Shown piece after piece: positions 62,742-64,000 of a stretch of DNA of 64,000 nucleotides (position 1 is its first letter; each line of letters starts with the position of its first letter). A model generated the notes under the pieces. That model saw nothing but the letters and a program-made list of their open reading frames with translations, searched no databases and was not told where the DNA came from. The position numbers and the translations under genes were made by a program. The stretch is taken from positions 769 through 64,768 of the forward strand of contig JAGBYI010000058.1 in NCBI GenBank assembly GCA_017628845.1. The letters are read 5' to 3'. This DNA is from Bacteroidaceae bacterium (GTDB taxonomy: Bacteria > Bacteroidota > Bacteroidia > Bacteroidales > Bacteroidaceae).

Positions 62742-64000
62742 TTAGATATTTGCTAATATAGCCAACAGATGGTCCCATACCAACTGTACGCTGGGAATGA
62801 GCATACGCTCGTCGGGGCTATGCACACCACGCATCGTGGGACCAAGGCTCACCATGTCCATACCAGGGAATTTCTCACTGAAGAGGCCGCATTCCAGTCC
62901 TGCATGAATGCCGCCCACGAAGGGTTCCTTACCATAGAGCTTCTTGTACTGGTCAACGGCAACGACAAGCAGCTTGCTGTTGGGATTCATCTTCCAACCG
63001 GGATAGCCTTCACCGCTCACTACCTCTGCACCGGCCAGTTCAAAGGCGGCACGGAAGGTGGCAGCCATATTGTGACGCGCGCTGAGGATGCTGCTTCGCT
63101 GGCTTGAATTAACAACTATGGTGTGTTCCTCGGCATTCTTGCGGATGTTGGCCAAGTTGGAACTTGTCTCCACAAGGTCAATGTCCTGGCACATGGCAAA
63201 AATACCATTGTCCACAGCCTGCAGGGCAAGGATTAGGTTGCGAGAGGTTTTCTTGTCTACAATGTTATCGGATGCCTCCACGCTTTCCAGAATGAATTCC
63301 ATTGTCTTCTCTGTACGACTATACTCCTCCTCCACATCGGCCTGGAATATGTTCCAATCAACACGTATCTGCTCCTTATATGCATAGGGCACGGATACCA
63401 CGCAAGACGCTTCGCGGGGAATGGCGTTATGCAAACCGCCAGCCTGAATGTCGGCCAGGCGCAGGTCGGTCTTTGCCTGCTGCATATACAGGAAACGTGC
63501 AAGCAGTTTGTTAGCATTGGCACGCATCTTGTTAATGTCGTCACCGGAGTGACCACCAGTCAGTCCCTTGATGGTAAGACGAACAAAGAACATTCCGGTT
63601 TCAACTGGTTCGTCCTCGTAATGAAAGGTTGCAACTGTGCGGCATCCGCCAGCACAACTTACAAAGATATAGCCTTCCTCCTCATTGTCGAGGTTAACCA
63701 TCATCCTGCCCTTCAGGAAATCTGCAGGCATGGCTTCGGCACCGGCAAGACCGGTCTCCTCGTCACGGGTGAAGACACACTCCAGAGGACCATGCTTGAT
63801 ATCATTGGCACGGAGGATGGCAATCTCCATGGCACAACCGATACCGTCATCAGCACCCAATGTTGTACCCTTGGCCTTCATCCACTCCCCATCCACATAA
63901 GCCTGAATGGCATCGTTCTCGAAGTCAAACTCTACATCGTTGTTCTTCTCGCATACCATATCCATATGGCTTTGAAGAACCAATATCGGACGGTCTTCCA
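62742..64000 (-). CDS. pepD: aminoacyl-histidine dipeptidase (M20C), 5' end outside window
   Basis: ILVLQSHMDMVCEKN and GADDGIG metal-site motifs. The frame stays open to the window edge (EDRPILVLQSH). Confidence 0.85.
   Translation of the reverse strand, partial: EDRPILVLQSHMDMVCEKNNDVEFDFENDAIQAYVDGEWMKAKGTTLGADDGIGCAMEIAILRANDIKHGPLECVFTRDEETGLAGAEAMPADFLKGRMMVNLDNEEEGYIFVSCAGGCRTVATFHYEDEPVETGMFFVRLTIKGLTGGHSGDDINKMRANANKLLARFLYMQQAKTDLRLADIQAGGLHNAIPREASCVVSVPYAYKEQIRVDWNIFQADVEEEYSRTEKTMEFILESVEASDNIVDKKTSRNLILALQAVDNGIFAMCQDIDLVETSSNLANIRKNAEEHTIVVNSSQRSSILSARHNMAATFRAAFELAGAEVVSGEGYPGWKMNPNSKLLVVAVDQYKKLYGKEPFVGGIHAGLECGLFSEKFPGMDMVSLGPTMRGVHSPDERMLIPSVQLVWDHLLAILANI

Overview
This is a chromosomal window from a Bacteroidales bacterium, probably Prevotellaceae. 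The call rests on TAnnTTTG -7 promoter boxes, T9SS C-terminal sorting domains, no Shine-Dalgarno usage, the gene set, and roughly 45-50% G+C by eye. Most of the window is housekeeping backbone: pyrC plus a GT2 gene, mfd, prmA, a lolE-like permease, an aminotransferase, glgB, mrcA, pyrBI, glyA, serB, malQ, tatAC, rnfBCDGEA, nadC, rlmH, pepD and two tRNAs. I saw no rRNA, CRISPR array, transposase or integrase. The accessory part lies at about 3.7-12.9 kb and contains several separate items. (1) A perfect 20-bp inverted repeat brackets 152 bp right at the GT2 operon start and is a candidate invertible promoter. (2) A DUF3791 locus has its middle gene replaced by a very AT-rich two-gene cassette encoding a zinc-ribbon membrane protein and a TM protein, the second fused in frame to the downstream DUF3791-like gene. 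(3) A low-GC Sau3AI-type (GATC) restriction-modification operon contains no GATC at all. Its C5-methyltransferase carries an unexplained extra C-terminal domain of about 158 aa. It is followed by an orphan 3-TM protein, a truncated Bro-N gene and vsr. (4) A modular G/C-run repeat element occurs behind vsr and, in inverted orientation, in frame inside the mfd coding sequence as about 79 extra codons. The two copies bracket the mfd promoter and 5' end. Other repeat families, structured leaders, a tandem promoter duplication, an unannotated 58-aa ORF and a Trp/His-rich disordered secreted protein paired with a beta-barrel OMP are also reported. All calls come from reading the sequence and translations only; no searches were run.
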